From contig NC_043006.1 in the NCBI RefSeq assembly GCF_006345805.1, positions 52,204,001-52,268,000 of the forward strand: a stretch of 64,000 nt of DNA. Direction: 5' to 3'. Below, in pieces: positions 1 to 11,312 of this stretch. Under the pieces are notes generated by a model. That model made no database searches. It was not told where the DNA came from and saw nothing but the letters and a program-made list of their open reading frames with translations. Position 1 is the first letter of the stretch, and the number at the start of each line of letters is the position of its first letter. Source of the DNA: Octopus sinensis (taxonomy: Eukaryota). Made by a program: the position numbers and the translations under genes.

Positions 1-380
1 TCTCTAGTCCATGTCAATATGATTCAAGTAAAAGTATGTTAAAAGATAGCAATGATAAAATTCTAAACATGATAAATCTTTAATTTAATTAAAACAATAT
101 ATCATTGACTGAAAATAATAGAAAAGTGGTTGTGAGAAGAATGCACTATGCAAAAGTTTAAATTCTGCAAAATGTATTGTGTTGTTGTCCTTTCATCTCA
201 TGGTTTTTTCAATAACCAGTTGCATGAAATAACAAATTGCAGTTTATTATTATAAAAATCGAAGAAAACTTTAAATCAAAAATAGCTTATGAAGAAGGAA
301 AAATGCCTGAATACCCAGGATAAATAATTAGTTGTAAAAATAATAATAAATTAATAAAATATATATATATATATAAATAT

Positions 381-635
381 GCCGGTGGCACGTAAAAAGC
401 ACCATCCGTCTGTGGCCATTTGCCAGCTCCATCTGGCACCTGTGCGGGTGGCATGTAAAAAGCACCCACTACACTCACGGAGTGGTTGGCGTTAGGAAGG
501 GCATCCAGCTGTAGAAACACTGCCAGATCAGACTGGGCCTGATGCAGCCTTCTGGCTTCACAGACCCCAGTTGAACCGTCCAACCCATGCTAGCATGGAA
601 AGCGGACGCTAAAAGATGATGATGATGATGATGAT
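381..635 (+). mobile_element. 5'-truncated 3' end of the RTE LINE family with (GAT)n tail
   Basis: GTGCC-GGT-GGCAC-containing units, then the conserved 'ggttggcgttaggaagggcatccagctgtagaaac...catgctagcatggaaagcggacg' block and a (GAT)n tail. Related units follow the long RTE copy (about 21990-22180). Other copies at about 14150-14620, 39930-40135, 44815-45270, 45545-45930 and 58960-59500. Confidence 0.7.
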
Positions 636-687
636 AGATCGTTAGCTACTACACACATTTTTTTCTCTCCTTGTTTTTTTCTGTGTA

Positions 688-725
688 TCTTTCTGTAGAA
701 GAGCGTAGGCTCGAAAAGTAAAAGA
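688..725 (+). ncRNA. Degenerate minimal type I hammerhead ribozyme motif (GTAG-loop subfamily)
   Basis: TCTTT-CTGTAGA-A-GAGC(GTAG)GCTC-GAAA-AGT-A-AAAGA. Stem I TCTTT/AAAGA and stem II GAGC/GCTC are intact; there are two changes from consensus (A6>T, C15.2>A). Confidence 0.55.
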
Positions 726-1157
726 ATTTTTCTATTCCTGAGCGCTATACTAATACATCTGTTTGTTTGTACACTACCTGCCTTCATCTTTTGTTTATTT
801 TCGTAAACTTTCCCTTTATATATATATAATGATAGGTTTCTTTCAGTTTCCATCTACCAAATCTACTCACAAAACCTAAGGGTATAGTAGAAGACACTTG
901 ACCAATATGCCATGCAGTAGGACTGAATGGAACCATGTGGTTGGGGAGCAAACTTTTTACCACACTTGGCTGTGCCTATATTCCACTCTAGCTACGAAAA
1001 GTAAACAATTCAGTCTTCTCCACCTATGTGATGTGGATCTTACTTAGCATTGTTCCACAAAAAAGAGGCCAATCTCATCACAATAAAAAAAAATCTGCTG
1101 AAAAGAAATAATTCCCTATCACAAGCTCAGAAAACTATTTTTCTACAGTAACTTTAA

Positions 1158-1365
1158 GCCTTTCGTCACTGTATTTATTTTGAAATGCTCTGTGTTTCTT
1201 TCAATTACAAAGAATTTAGTAAAATAACTTGGTTATCATTAAGCTAGTGTTAGGAACATAAATTGTGACTAAGGCTTGGTGGAAGATTTTAATTCAAAAC
1301 TTATGAAAACAAGACATTTGTACTCAGAACCAGAGCCGGTTTCAGCCAGGTTGGTAACGAAAGGG
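1158..1365. mobile_element. piggyBac-like MITE
   Basis: Flanked by TTAA on both sides (1154-1157, 1366-1369). Terminal inverted repeats gcctttcgtcac / gtaacgaaaggg. Confidence 0.6.
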
Positions 1366-1862
1366 TTAAATGCCTCACAACACTGTGAATACCCAATTGT
1401 TTTTTGAAAGATTCCAATCAAGCCTTGCTAGCTTTAAATATTACTGGTTTTACATCCCTTTCAAGTTGCTTGTAAAGAAACATATTTTTTTTTTTCACAA
1501 ATAATTCAGTCACTGAATCAGCAGCTAATTGTTTACTTCCAATCCATAAGAAGAGATTTTCTTTCTCGACCTTCTTAAAACTTTGGCTATTGATGTACTT
1601 TTTAGCATCATTTTTTCAAAATAGCACGGATTTGATAAATCCATATTCCACACTTTCAACAAACTCTTTCTTCTGACACGCTTTGCATTTAAGCACAGGA
1701 ATAATTTTTGACAAAATAATAAATGCAAACAACACAAATTTTTACAGTAAAATTTTCTTTGAAAAAATTCTATTGACTCTGCTTCAAATGAAATGACAAG
1801 CTATGATAGTGCATTAAATTGAAGGAAACCTGGGAGACTCAGAGACTGGTTCATTTTAGTCA

Positions 1863-2200
1863 GTGGAATTACATCTTTACATTTTTTACTTGTTTCAGTC
1901 ATTTAACTGCAGCCATGCTGGAGCACATCGACCCCAGGACTTATTCTTTGTAAGGCTAGTACTTATTCTATCATTCTCTTTTGCCGAACCGCTAGGTTAC
2001 GGGGACGTAAATACACCAACATCGGTTGTCAGGCGATGTTGGGGGGACAAACACAGACACACAAACATATATATACATATATATGATGGGCTTCTTGCAG
2101 TTTCCATCTACCAAATCCACTAACAAGGCTTTGGTCAGCCTGAGGCTATAGTAGAAGACACTTGCCCAAGGTACCATGTAGTGGGACTGAACCCACTCCT
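1863..2200 (-). mobile_element. tRNA-derived SINE, family A (CORE-like 'accttgggcaagtgtcttctactatagcc' domain)
   Basis: Matches the many copies at about 13320-13920, 15600-16250, 18996-19385, 24860-25045, 30975-31350, 43600-43997, 55075-55460, 56630-57020 and 59890-60290. Internal (TA)n/(CA)n; tail 'gactgaaacaagtaaaaga'. Confidence 0.75.
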
Positions 2201-2914
2201 GTACCTTACTACATTTCTTTTATCAGAGGTCAATTTGTATGAGGAAACATAAGTGTCTTTAATTTTCATTGGTTATTTTTAAATGGAAATCATTCATTGA
2301 CACGATTTTAATCGTTAAAGAATTGGAAAGGTGTTTATTAACATGATTTTTGTTATTACAGAGTTAACTATATTTAACTTATACCCATAGAAGCCCTAAA
2401 CACTTTTAAATATTTTGGTGACCCCACATATATGTAATTCAAAATCTAAACAATAATAAACCATGAAATGAATTTCAATTTTTCAAAATGAAACAAAACT
2501 GACAGTAAGATGGAAATAATGTTCATTTTTGTATACTTCCTACTTTATTCATATTTGAAAACTTTTCTTGCAAAGTTTTTGATCAGATCCTCACTATGAC
2601 ACTATGAACACTCCAAAATTATATTTCTGATCATATAAACCACTTCCTATATTATTTTGGCAAGTTTAAATTGATTTCTTCTGTATTGTCATTTCTGTGG
2701 TGCCCTGCTTCCTTTGATTCCCTAAACACATACTTATTTTGCTTAAAGGTTAATCCAGGCCTGTTTGTACTTCATTTTAGTGACATCATGATGGAAGGCA
2801 AGGCTATCTTTGATGGGTCAGAAACTCAGAATACAGAAGCCCTAATACTGCTGACATTTTAACAACTCGGCTAACTTTCTGCAACAGTTTAAAGAAAGAT
2901 ATCTTGAAACTCAC

Positions 2915-3087
2915 CTGAGAGCACCAACTGAACTGTTCTGGATGTAGATGTTTGGATCACCAAGTAATGGTGCTAGAATCCTAACCAAGTTGTTTTCCAA
3001 CAAAACAGGAATTGCAAGTGGATCTGCAACAATTGTAGCAACAGTTGCACATGCAACTAAGCGACATTCTTCTTCAGTACTCTGCAA
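2915..3087 (-). CDS. HEATR3: HEATR3 coding exon 2 (LQSTEEECRLVACATVATIVADPLAIPVLLENNLVRILAPLLGDPNIYIQNSSVGALR)
   Basis: Acceptor ttttag, 173-nt open exon, donor AG|gtgagt (phase 2). The translation matches the recalled HEATR3 first ARM/HEAT repeat (LQ..S...R..ACA.LA.LV...L.PLL.DP...VR..A.GALR). In frame with exon 1. Confidence 0.85.
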
Positions 3088-3194
3088 CTAAAATTTGAAA
3101 TTTAAATTAAAGACAGCTCTCCACAGAAGACAAACATCAACTCAGAACAAAAGATACATGTGCATAAATATATACACAAAACACACACATTATG

Positions 3195-3224
<30 letters not shown>

Positions 3225-3228
<4 letters not shown>

Positions 3229-3612
3229 CCAAACAGTTGAAGGAATCAGGGGGAGAGGTAGACCCAGGAAGACATGGGATGAGGTAGTCAAGCATGACCT
3301 CAGAACGTTGGGCCTCACTGAGGCAATGGCGAAGGACCGAGATCTCTGGAGATATGCTGTGACTGCAAAGACCCGGGCTGCTTCCTGCACCAGTTCCGCA
3401 TAGCCCCTGCCCATTCAAAGTACCTTGGAGTCCAGAATATCCTGCTGTGCTTGAGGAGACCTGTTGAGTCATGAACATGAACATTGAAATAAATATCAAT
3501 GGAAATAGTAGTTGTGATACCTGTGCTGGTAGCACATAAAAAGCACCATCCGAACGTGGCCGTTGCCAGCACCACCTCGACTGGCTTCTGTGCCGATGAT
3601 GATGATGATGAT
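3225..3612 (+). mobile_element. RTE LINE 3' fragment (ORF2 C-terminus plus 3' UTR)
   Basis: Encodes GRGRPRKTWDEVVKHDLRTLGLTEAM..DRDLWRYAV, nearly the same as 21587-21862. Ends in a (GAT)n tail. Confidence 0.8.
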
Positions 3613-3659
3613 ATACACATATATTAGAAGGTTTGGAGGTGATGTACAGGTATTATGTA

Positions 3660-3875
3660 TTAGAAGAAATAAGGTACTCAGAAATCTGGATGGTTTTAAA
3701 TTTACAGATTTTTATTAATATGTCACATGTTTTTATAAATCATATATTAGCGCTTGCATCTACTCTAGTAGAATCTCCAGATTTTAATATATGATTTATA
3801 AAAACATGTGATATATTAATAAAAAAATCTGTAAATGTAAAACCACCCAGATTTCTGAGTACCTTATTTCTTCTA

Positions 3876-3876
<1 letters not shown>
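3660..3876. repeat. Foldback inverted repeat, about 90-bp arms (3660-3749 / 3785-3876)
   Basis: ttagaagaaataaggtactcagaaatctgg...catatatta mirrored by taatatatg...ccagatttctgagtaccttatttcttctaa, with a 35-bp spacer. Confidence 0.85.
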
Positions 3877-3910
<34 letters not shown>

Positions 3911-4244
3911 CGTACACACACACATAAACGAGAATAAGCTAACAGAAATAAAGGGAGGTCAGTATTTGAACACTCATGGAACAGAAGTAGGTTAAATAAC
4001 ATTCAAGATAGGTTCTTGATTTGCTAGAATTGTCTCTACTTTGAGAGAAGGCAGATCATTTGTTTGTTTCAGTTGGTACTCCAGATGAAAAGAAAAGAGA
4101 AAGTAATCTCAAAGATTCTCCAAAACTGACAATCCATTGTGAAAAACAGAAATTGTCTGAAGGCAAGGATAGCGTCATGTTTCTGTCTCAGTAGGCGTTA
4201 TCAGCACAGTAACTGTCCTACTTAATCTCCAACAAACATTTATA

Positions 4245-4253
4245 TATATATAG

Positions 4254-4346
<93 letters not shown>
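4245..4346. repeat. Compound (GATA)n(GA)n microsatellite
   Basis: Read directly from the sequence. Confidence 0.95.
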
Positions 4347-4348
<2 letters not shown>

Positions 4349-5154
4349 ACTTTTATGGTTTAGGTGTTTTGTATAAAAACAAACAAAAATAGGCTTAGAA
4401 AAATAACATGCCGGTAGCATACATTTAAACAACGAAGAGGGTATGATTAGATTTTAACAAATGATAGTTTGGGGAGGGAATACACAAATTACTAGATCGA
4501 TCCAAAAATGTTTAATTCTATACTTCAATAAGAAGGAAAGGTGCAAATTAGCTTATTTAAGGTAAAGAAAAATGTTATAACATTGTTTGAGGTTGGGGTG
4601 GAGAAAATATCTTTCAGTATAACAAACATGCCACTTTTGCATCAATTTTTAACTCGTACCAACCGTCTGAATTAGCTTTCTTTCAAGTGACTTCTGTCTA
4701 TTTAACATTAACTTTTATTTATTTTTAGTGGGAATTATTTTAACACGATAAACGATAAAATAATTCAATAGAAAAATGATCCGCGAAATAATTCGACACA
4801 AAAGTAAATAACAAAAGAATTCAACTGAAATAAAAACATATTTTTAATGGCTCCAAAATATTCTCAACGATAAACGTGTTTTATATATTTTGATACATCT
4901 ACTGATGGTTTGTATGTTGTTATCACCAAGACAGCTCCGACAGAGTAGATCTACGATTAAAGGCATTGCAGACGTAATTATCCCATCTTTCTGTATATAG
5001 CAGAAACAAAATTATCTAATTTATCTTATAATTTTTTTCCCCCTGAGGCGGCAAGGGTTTGATTGGGGGAAGATTTTGACTGCTACTTAACATGCTCCCT
5101 CACTGGATCGCTAGTGTGTGTAAAATACAAGTATGTATAATGTAATGTACTTAC

Positions 5155-5283
5155 TTGATCTATAAGCGTAACAAACGATGGGCCATTAGTAACAGATTGT
5201 TCCTCTTCGTTTAAATTAGCAACGATCCCGGTGGGTTGTGGCCGAGGTAGTCCATATCGCTTTCGATGTTTACTTTTCCCCAT
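5155..5283 (-). CDS. HEATR3: HEATR3 first coding exon (MGKSKHRKRYGLPRPQPTGIVANLNEEEQSVTNGPSFVTLIDQ)
   Basis: ATG at 5283, 43 codons, perfect CAA|gtaagt donor (phase 0). The N-terminus MGKSK.R...RP.PTG is characteristic of HEATR3. Joins exon 2 in frame across a 2067-nt intron. Confidence 0.85.
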
Positions 5284-5342
5284 TATCAACGTTAGTTATT
5301 GATCAAAGTTGCAAATTTAGTGGAATATCACATTACAGAAGC

Positions 5343-5392
5343 CACGTGCTGTTACTTCTGGCTGGCATCTTATGCTGGGACGGAAGTTCCGG
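5343..5392. promoter_or_regulatory. Candidate HEATR3 promoter: E-box CACGTG (5343-5348) and back-to-back ETS cores CGGAAGTTCCGG (5381-5392)
   Basis: Motifs lie 60-110 bp upstream of the HEATR3 ATG in a locally CpG-retaining, repeat-free patch. Confidence 0.45.
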
Positions 5393-6644
5393 TTGTTTAA
5401 GTGTATATTTCTCTTCTCCTACTGCCACATTTACACGGTCGGTCTGTCGCACTTGCTGCTGTTGTTTATTATACATACAAAGATAACGTACACACAAAGG
5501 CATAACTACAGTTTGGTGCCACTGCTAATCACTGACTGTTTTATCTTAATTTTATGAAAGAAACGCATTTTTAAAATAAAACTTTACAGATATACCTTTT
5601 TGAATGTGTAGACAATGACTTCGCTGACAAAATTTTTAAAAGAATTCTTTTTAGCGATTTCGGGTCGTTCTTCCTTTCTCGTGGCTGTTCCCTTACATCT
5701 CTCTTTAAAATGCATATATTCAGTTAACATTTTTCAAAAATACGATTTCGAAAGTGTAGATGTTGGGTTTCATAAAATGCACATCCTAAATCTACACCCT
5801 TGAAAACGTTTCTCAACAAAATTTCATTAGGAATATGTCTTTTTAGGAAAGTTATGGAGAAAAGAAAAAGTTTTGAGGTGTATAACTACAGTTTGGCGTC
5901 TCGGAATGAGTTTCTGAAAAACTTTCTCATAATCTTTGATGAAATTTTGTAGAGATACATTTTCGAGGGTATACGTAACGATTATGTTAATAATACGTAA
6001 AATTTGGTGGGCAGGAGTTACGAATCATTCTTTACCGTATGTCTCCCAACTTTATTTCCTCAAGACTCCCTTTAAGATGCCTATTTTTAAATGACATTTT
6101 ACAGAAATACGGTAAAGTAGAAACATAATGTTGATGTTTCAAACATGTAAACATGAAAAAAAGAATGAAAATATTTAAGTTCAGAAATTGGTGGTAACGA
6201 AATCAGAGGAGGAGCGGAATGTTCCGAAACTCTTCAAAAAGAAATTTTTCTTTATTAAATTTTATCAACTTAATCATAATCTACACCCATTAAAAATATG
6301 CATGAGCTAGTTTTCTTAGTTCATTTTCGTTACAGTTATACAATTTTGGAGAAGGCAAGACTTCCGCCCCACCTCACAAAATAACCACCCTTAAATTTTT
6401 TTTTCGGCTACGGGGAATACGAATCTGCAAAAAGAATCGACATTTCTAAATTACCACCCCACCCCCATTTTTACCTTTTTTTTTATTTTCAAAATATGCG
6501 GAAAAATACGGAGATTATGATTCTGAAAAAAATTTCCAAAAATCTTTGTAAAATTTTTTTTTAAGAATTTTTTTTTCTAAATATGCGGAAAAATACGGTC
6601 ATCATGATTCGGACAAAAATTTCAAAACATTTCTGTACTTACGG

Positions 6645-6705
6645 TTTTAGGGTTAGGGTTAGGGCTTTAGAGTTAAGGTTAGGGTTCGGATTTTAGGGTT
6701 AGTGT
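6645..6705 (+). repeat. Degenerate interstitial (TTAGGG)n-like tract within a composite repeat
   Basis: ttttagggttagggttagggctttagagttaaggttagggttcggattttagggttagtgttggg. Confidence 0.75.
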
Positions 6706-7059
6706 TGGGTAAAAAAAAAGTCAAAATTGAAGAAATTGGGGGTAAAAAATATTTCACAATGCCGATATTTGGCAATTTTCCGGAATCTCCGTATTCGAAA
6801 ACGGGGATTTTTGGAAAAAAAAAAATTACAAAAATAAACAAATTTGGGAGAAAATGGGGGAGGGGACAGGCGGAAGTCTTTTCTTGGAGAATTCTTAATA
6901 CTTGAGACAGTTCCCACTTCTTATTTAGAATTGGTACCAATCTGCAATTAAGCGGTGGATCTATCCTCTTGGGAAGCAGAGACAATGTCAATAAATCTAT
7001 AATTTATTTTGTATGTTACTTTATATATTCTCCCTCGTTATTCCAATACATGCCACTGA

Positions 7060-7470
7060 CCACAGGAGATTTGCCTTTCATCCTTTCGGGGTCGATTAAA
7101 TAATTACTAGTTATGCACTGGGTCGATATAATCAACTTAATCCGTTTGTGTGTCCTTGTTCATCCTCTCTGTGTTTAGCCCCTTGTGGATAGTAAAGAAA
7201 TAGGTATTTCTTCTGCCATTATGTTCTGAGTTCAAATTCCGCCGAGGTCGACTTTGCCTTTCATCCTTTCGGGGTCGATTAAATAAGTGCCAGTTACACA
7301 CTGAGGTCGATATAATTGACTTAATCCGTTTGTCTGTTCCTGTTTGTCCCCTCTGTGTTTAGCCCCTTGTGGGTAGTAAAGAAATAGGTATTTCGTCTGA
7401 CTTTACGTATTGAGTTCAAATTCCGCCGAGGTCAACTTTGCCTTTCATCCTTTCGATAAATTAAGGTTAA
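7060..7470 (+). mobile_element. tRNA-derived SINE, family B, tandem partial copies
   Basis: Repeated 'ttctgagttcaaattccgccgaggtcgactttgcctttcatcctttcggggtcga' units. Other copies at about 28790-29020, 32753-32997, 37330-37510, 42620-42770, 44010-44220, 45940-46145, 47260-47450, 52105-52310, 55895-56120, 57430-57890 and 61000-61860. Confidence 0.75.
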
Positions 7471-7875
7471 TGTTTACAAGTACACCAGCATGAAAAATCA
7501 ACCTTTTTTTAATAAAAATTTTCAGCAGATTCCTATGTTTTCGATGACAGAGATTCTGAATATGTCAAAAACCATTTTTTCAAAATTTTGAATTCCCCCT
7601 TCCCCACCCCAAATTTTTTAATTTTAACTTTAATTCGAATTTCTTTTTTCAATCGATGTGGGAAAATATGGAGATTAGGAATATGGGGGGAAAATAATTC
7701 ATTTCAAATTTTCTGCGAGGAAACTCCAAAATTGATGCATACACCCCTCGCCACATCATCCCGCTGTCTAAAAATGAAAATGGGTGGCTTGTATGTTTGT
7801 GTGTGCACGTGCGAATGAACAGAGAAAATACGCTAGAAATACACACACCACTCATTTTCAGCGTAAACCCTAACT

Positions 7876-7966
7876 GGCGAAGGTAAAGAATATGCACACC
7901 CGATGTTTGAGGTTAAGGTTAGGATTGCGCTGAAAATGGGTGGTGTGCATATTCTTTACCTTCGCC
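7876..7966. repeat. Perfect 25-bp inverted repeat with telomere-like loop
   Basis: GGCGAAGGTAAAGAATATGCACACC (7876-7900) / GGTGTGCATATTCTTTACCTTCGCC (7942-7966). A related copy lies at 49815-49899. Confidence 0.85.
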
Positions 7967-8393
7967 TGCCTTGTATGTATATGTCAAACTGACAAGAAAG
8001 TGTAAAACGCATAAGTTTTTTGCTGAAAAGCGAAACTGTATTAGCATCATCCATGACATTGAGGTTGATCTAACAAACATCCAAGATTATATTAGAGATA
8101 TTGTTATTTTATTCCTTATAAACACTGGTTGAGCAGATCAGTTAGACAAAAACGTCACAGCTGTGCCCATCAAAGACTTCATTATTTCTCAGTTTTTTAA
8201 GATGGTAGGATGTGATTCAAAGAAAATTTGGTTACTATTTCTAGCATATTGATCAACCACTTATCCAATATTCTCTCTCTCCCTCTCTTTACGAAGGTAG
8301 TGTATAAATTGAGGAAGATTTGACTATTACTTCTTGTAGACCAAGCGATCTCCTCATGTAAGCATCTCTCATTTCGGCTAGGTTAACCATGTT

Positions 8394-8550
8394 CACTGGC
8401 ATAGCTAGAGTGTGTTCCACCCGGGGTGGCCCTTCCGTTTGCCGCCCCTGGACCCCACAGAAAAACACATATTGCCTACAGCAGACCCAAAAGTGCCACC
8501 CGAGGTGGACCACCCCTATTTCTCCCCCCCTCCAACTAGCTACGCTAGTG
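8394..8550. mobile_element. Short MITE, possibly PIF/Harbinger-type
   Basis: Terminal inverted repeats CACTGGCATAGCTAG / CTAGCTACGCTAGTG around a GC-rich core. TSD not clear. Confidence 0.45.
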
Positions 8551-8697
8551 ACCTTGTTACTAAAAGCTTTCAGCATTTACTGATACATGCATGAGCCACT
8601 GAGAGACAAGCTGTATTCCTAGGACCTGATAAAAACGCTGCTAAATTCTCATAAATTCCACCCTACTAGCTTTAAAAAAGACCAGGACACCTTAGGT

Positions 8698-8916
8698 CAG
8701 TGGTTTTCAACCAGGGTTCCGCAGAACCTTGGGGTTCCGCTAGTACAGTGCAGGGGTTCCACAAGAAGTTACAAAACTGCTAAAATCGGCAGTAATTTTT
8801 AAGTCTCCTGTGCAGATATGTGTGCATAAGACTATTAAATTATTGCACAGGGGTTCCTCAAGCCAGTGGAATGTTTCCTTGGGGTTCCGCTCCAGCAAAA
8901 AGTTTGAAAAGCACTG
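8698..8916. mobile_element. hAT-superfamily MITE
   Basis: TIRs CAGTGGTTTTCAA / TTGAAAAGCACTG. 8-bp TSD CCTTAGGT / CCTTAGAT (7/8). Internal GGGGTTCC subrepeats. Confidence 0.8.
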
Positions 8917-9995
8917 CCTTAGATAATGAAGTCATAGATGCTGTTAAAAAGATGCAATGGTTAGGTTGGAATCATATATCAATGCAAACCTGTTTATAAA
9001 TGACAATGTTATACTAAAATCCAAGTATTTCGCAGCCAGCAAGCCAGATTCCAAGTTGTTTCTCAAGCTTTCTCACAACATGTGTGTGTGTCTAAGAAAT
9101 TGTAAATGGAACCCTTCCACAGGTGATGATTAGTTCAGTCTTTGCTGCCCCAGTCAGGCAAAGCATACAAGCTAAGAGGCAAAATGTTTGTAATCCTGAG
9201 ATAGCACTGATGATACACAAGGGTTTCCAATATTGTTTTGGATTTAGAAGAAAAGCTTGCAACACCTCTGAATAGCTCCTGCAGTTTTTGTGTGGGGCAA
9301 AGTATTTCTGATGAATATTTCACCTACATATACGAGTATATCAGTGAACACAACTGAAAAGTCTATATACACAGTTGATTGGCAAGTTGCTGAGGCTTTC
9401 ACCTAAATTAGATTTTCTTATGGCTACACTGTGGTTAAGAATACAATATATTTTGTGGGGTGATGAAAATTAGCTTTGGCAACAGCCAGAAAGAATGCCC
9501 CAGGCCTTGTTGAGCCTTGTCAATGATGTGTACTTACAACCAGCCAATAAGACAATATAAGGAGCAGTAATAAGCATCTGGCGGCTGGCTGCCTTAGTAA
9601 CAGTTTACAATGACACTGCTACACCAGTCATTGGATATGACACCTTCCTCTATAACTTGATTAACCATCCTGATAATAGTCATGTATCCTACCTAACCAG
9701 ACATTTTGAACATCTCTGCAACTATTCCTCATGGACATGCAGTTTTTCCATTTTGCATGTCCTTAATCCCTTTATCTACCACACTGCTGTCAACTTGAAC
9801 TGCTGGTCCCTCTGTAGGTTCAGCATGAGTCCATCTTTATCTCATGCATTTTCTACACATATATATTTTATATCCTTCTTTTACTTATTTCACTCATTAG
9901 ACTGTGGCCATGCTGAGACACTGCACTCACACACACACACGCACACACACACACTCACTCACTCACACACACACACACACACGCATGCACAAACA

Positions 9996-11250
9996 CACAC
10001 ACACACACACACACACACAACACACTTCTTTCTGTTTAGTCTACCAAATTCTCTCACAAGAGTTTGGTTGATCCAGAGCTGTAGTAGAAAACACTTGCCT
10101 AAGGTGCCACAGAATGGCACTGAATGCAAGACCACACGGTTGGGAAGTAAGCTTCTTAACTACACAACCCTACTAAGTCTGTTGTGTCTGGGGAGAGTCA
10201 TTTTCCACTTATTTCTTATTTTTATTTTCCTAAAATTTTCATTGTGTCTTACATCAGTGAGTGTGTTAAATTATAAGGCACTAAAAGAAAATGACTCTCC
10301 CCAAACGCAACAGAATATGCTTCAACATATGAACTCACATAAAGAATCTTGCAAACCAAATCCATAAACGAAACATACTAAGTCTGTTCTCTGTTTACAT
10401 CTGCTGCACCTTCAAGTAATGAGATGAAGTTTTAGGTCTATTAATCTAACAGGAATATAGTATTTCTCTCTCTCACTCTGTCTCTCTCCTTTCACTCATG
10501 CTACCCCTTGGCATTACCAGGAAGAACAAGAACAAGTGGGTTTGATCTTTGTCTGCTCTCGTTTCAGCAAATCTCAATACAAGATATATTTATGTTGATG
10601 GATATATTGATTTGCCATATCTCTGTTCTGTCAGGTTACTAGGCTATGAATGTTGATTTCCTTTCTTTTATCTTAACAATATTTTCCATTCACACTCACA
10701 CCAGACTACATATGTAATCTTGTTCTATTTTGTGAATTAAAAATGTATAAGACAATCTAAGCCACTGATATAAAAATATTGATATGAAAAAAAACAGGCC
10801 GGATCCAGCTGGATGTCTGTAAACATAGGTTTGCTTAGTCAGGAATGGTGGTTGGCACTCCATCGGTTACATCACAGGTGAGCTGCAAGATACAGGAGGA
10901 AAGAGTGAGAGAAAGTTGCGGTGAAAGAGTCAACAGAAGTTCACCATTACCTTCTACCAGAGCTGTGTGGAGTTTAGGTGTTTCACTCATAAACACACAC
11001 ATTGCCTGGTCTGAGATTCAAACCTGCGATCCTTCGACCGTGAGTCTACTGCTCTAGCCATTAGGCCATGTGCCTCCACAACTCTCAAGGTACAAGGATG
11101 TTAATATAAATGAAATGGTAGAAGATTGCTCAGGGTGCACCAGAAGCTTCCATTAGAATATCTCTCTCGATATATATCTATACATCTATGTATATATACA
11201 TATGTGTGTGTGTATTTATATATTTATTCATAAACATATATATGCATATA

Positions 11251-11312
<62 letters not shown>

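Noticed and set aside
287-853. Recurrent ORFs such as MDGSTGVCEARRLHQ... (also 14205, 44862, 59035)
   Set aside because: Antisense readings of the RTE 3' UTR repeat, not a gene family.
1440-1740. Coding-like minus-strand segment as HEATR3 exon 3
   Set aside because: No phase-2 acceptor giving the expected R-N-L-S continuation, and frames contain stops. Exon 3 was not found and probably lies left of the window.
6645-6705. Telomere or telomere-fusion site
   Set aside because: Short, degenerate, single orientation and embedded in a repeat element.
7060-7470. CRISPR-like or other prokaryotic repeat-spacer array
   Set aside because: The repeats are partial SINE copies of irregular length in eukaryotic intron-containing DNA.
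9657-10367. 236-aa ORF and its 152-aa partner at 11202-11660
   Set aside because: Run through SINE fragments and (CA)n; the duplication is explained by the 1293-bp tandem repeat.
10990-11075. tRNA-like sequences here and at 12283-12368, 34845-34915, 39620-39700 and 54568-54640
   Set aside because: A/B boxes are present, but they are degenerate, lack a complete cloverleaf and are fused to SINE bodies, so they are not called as tRNA genes.
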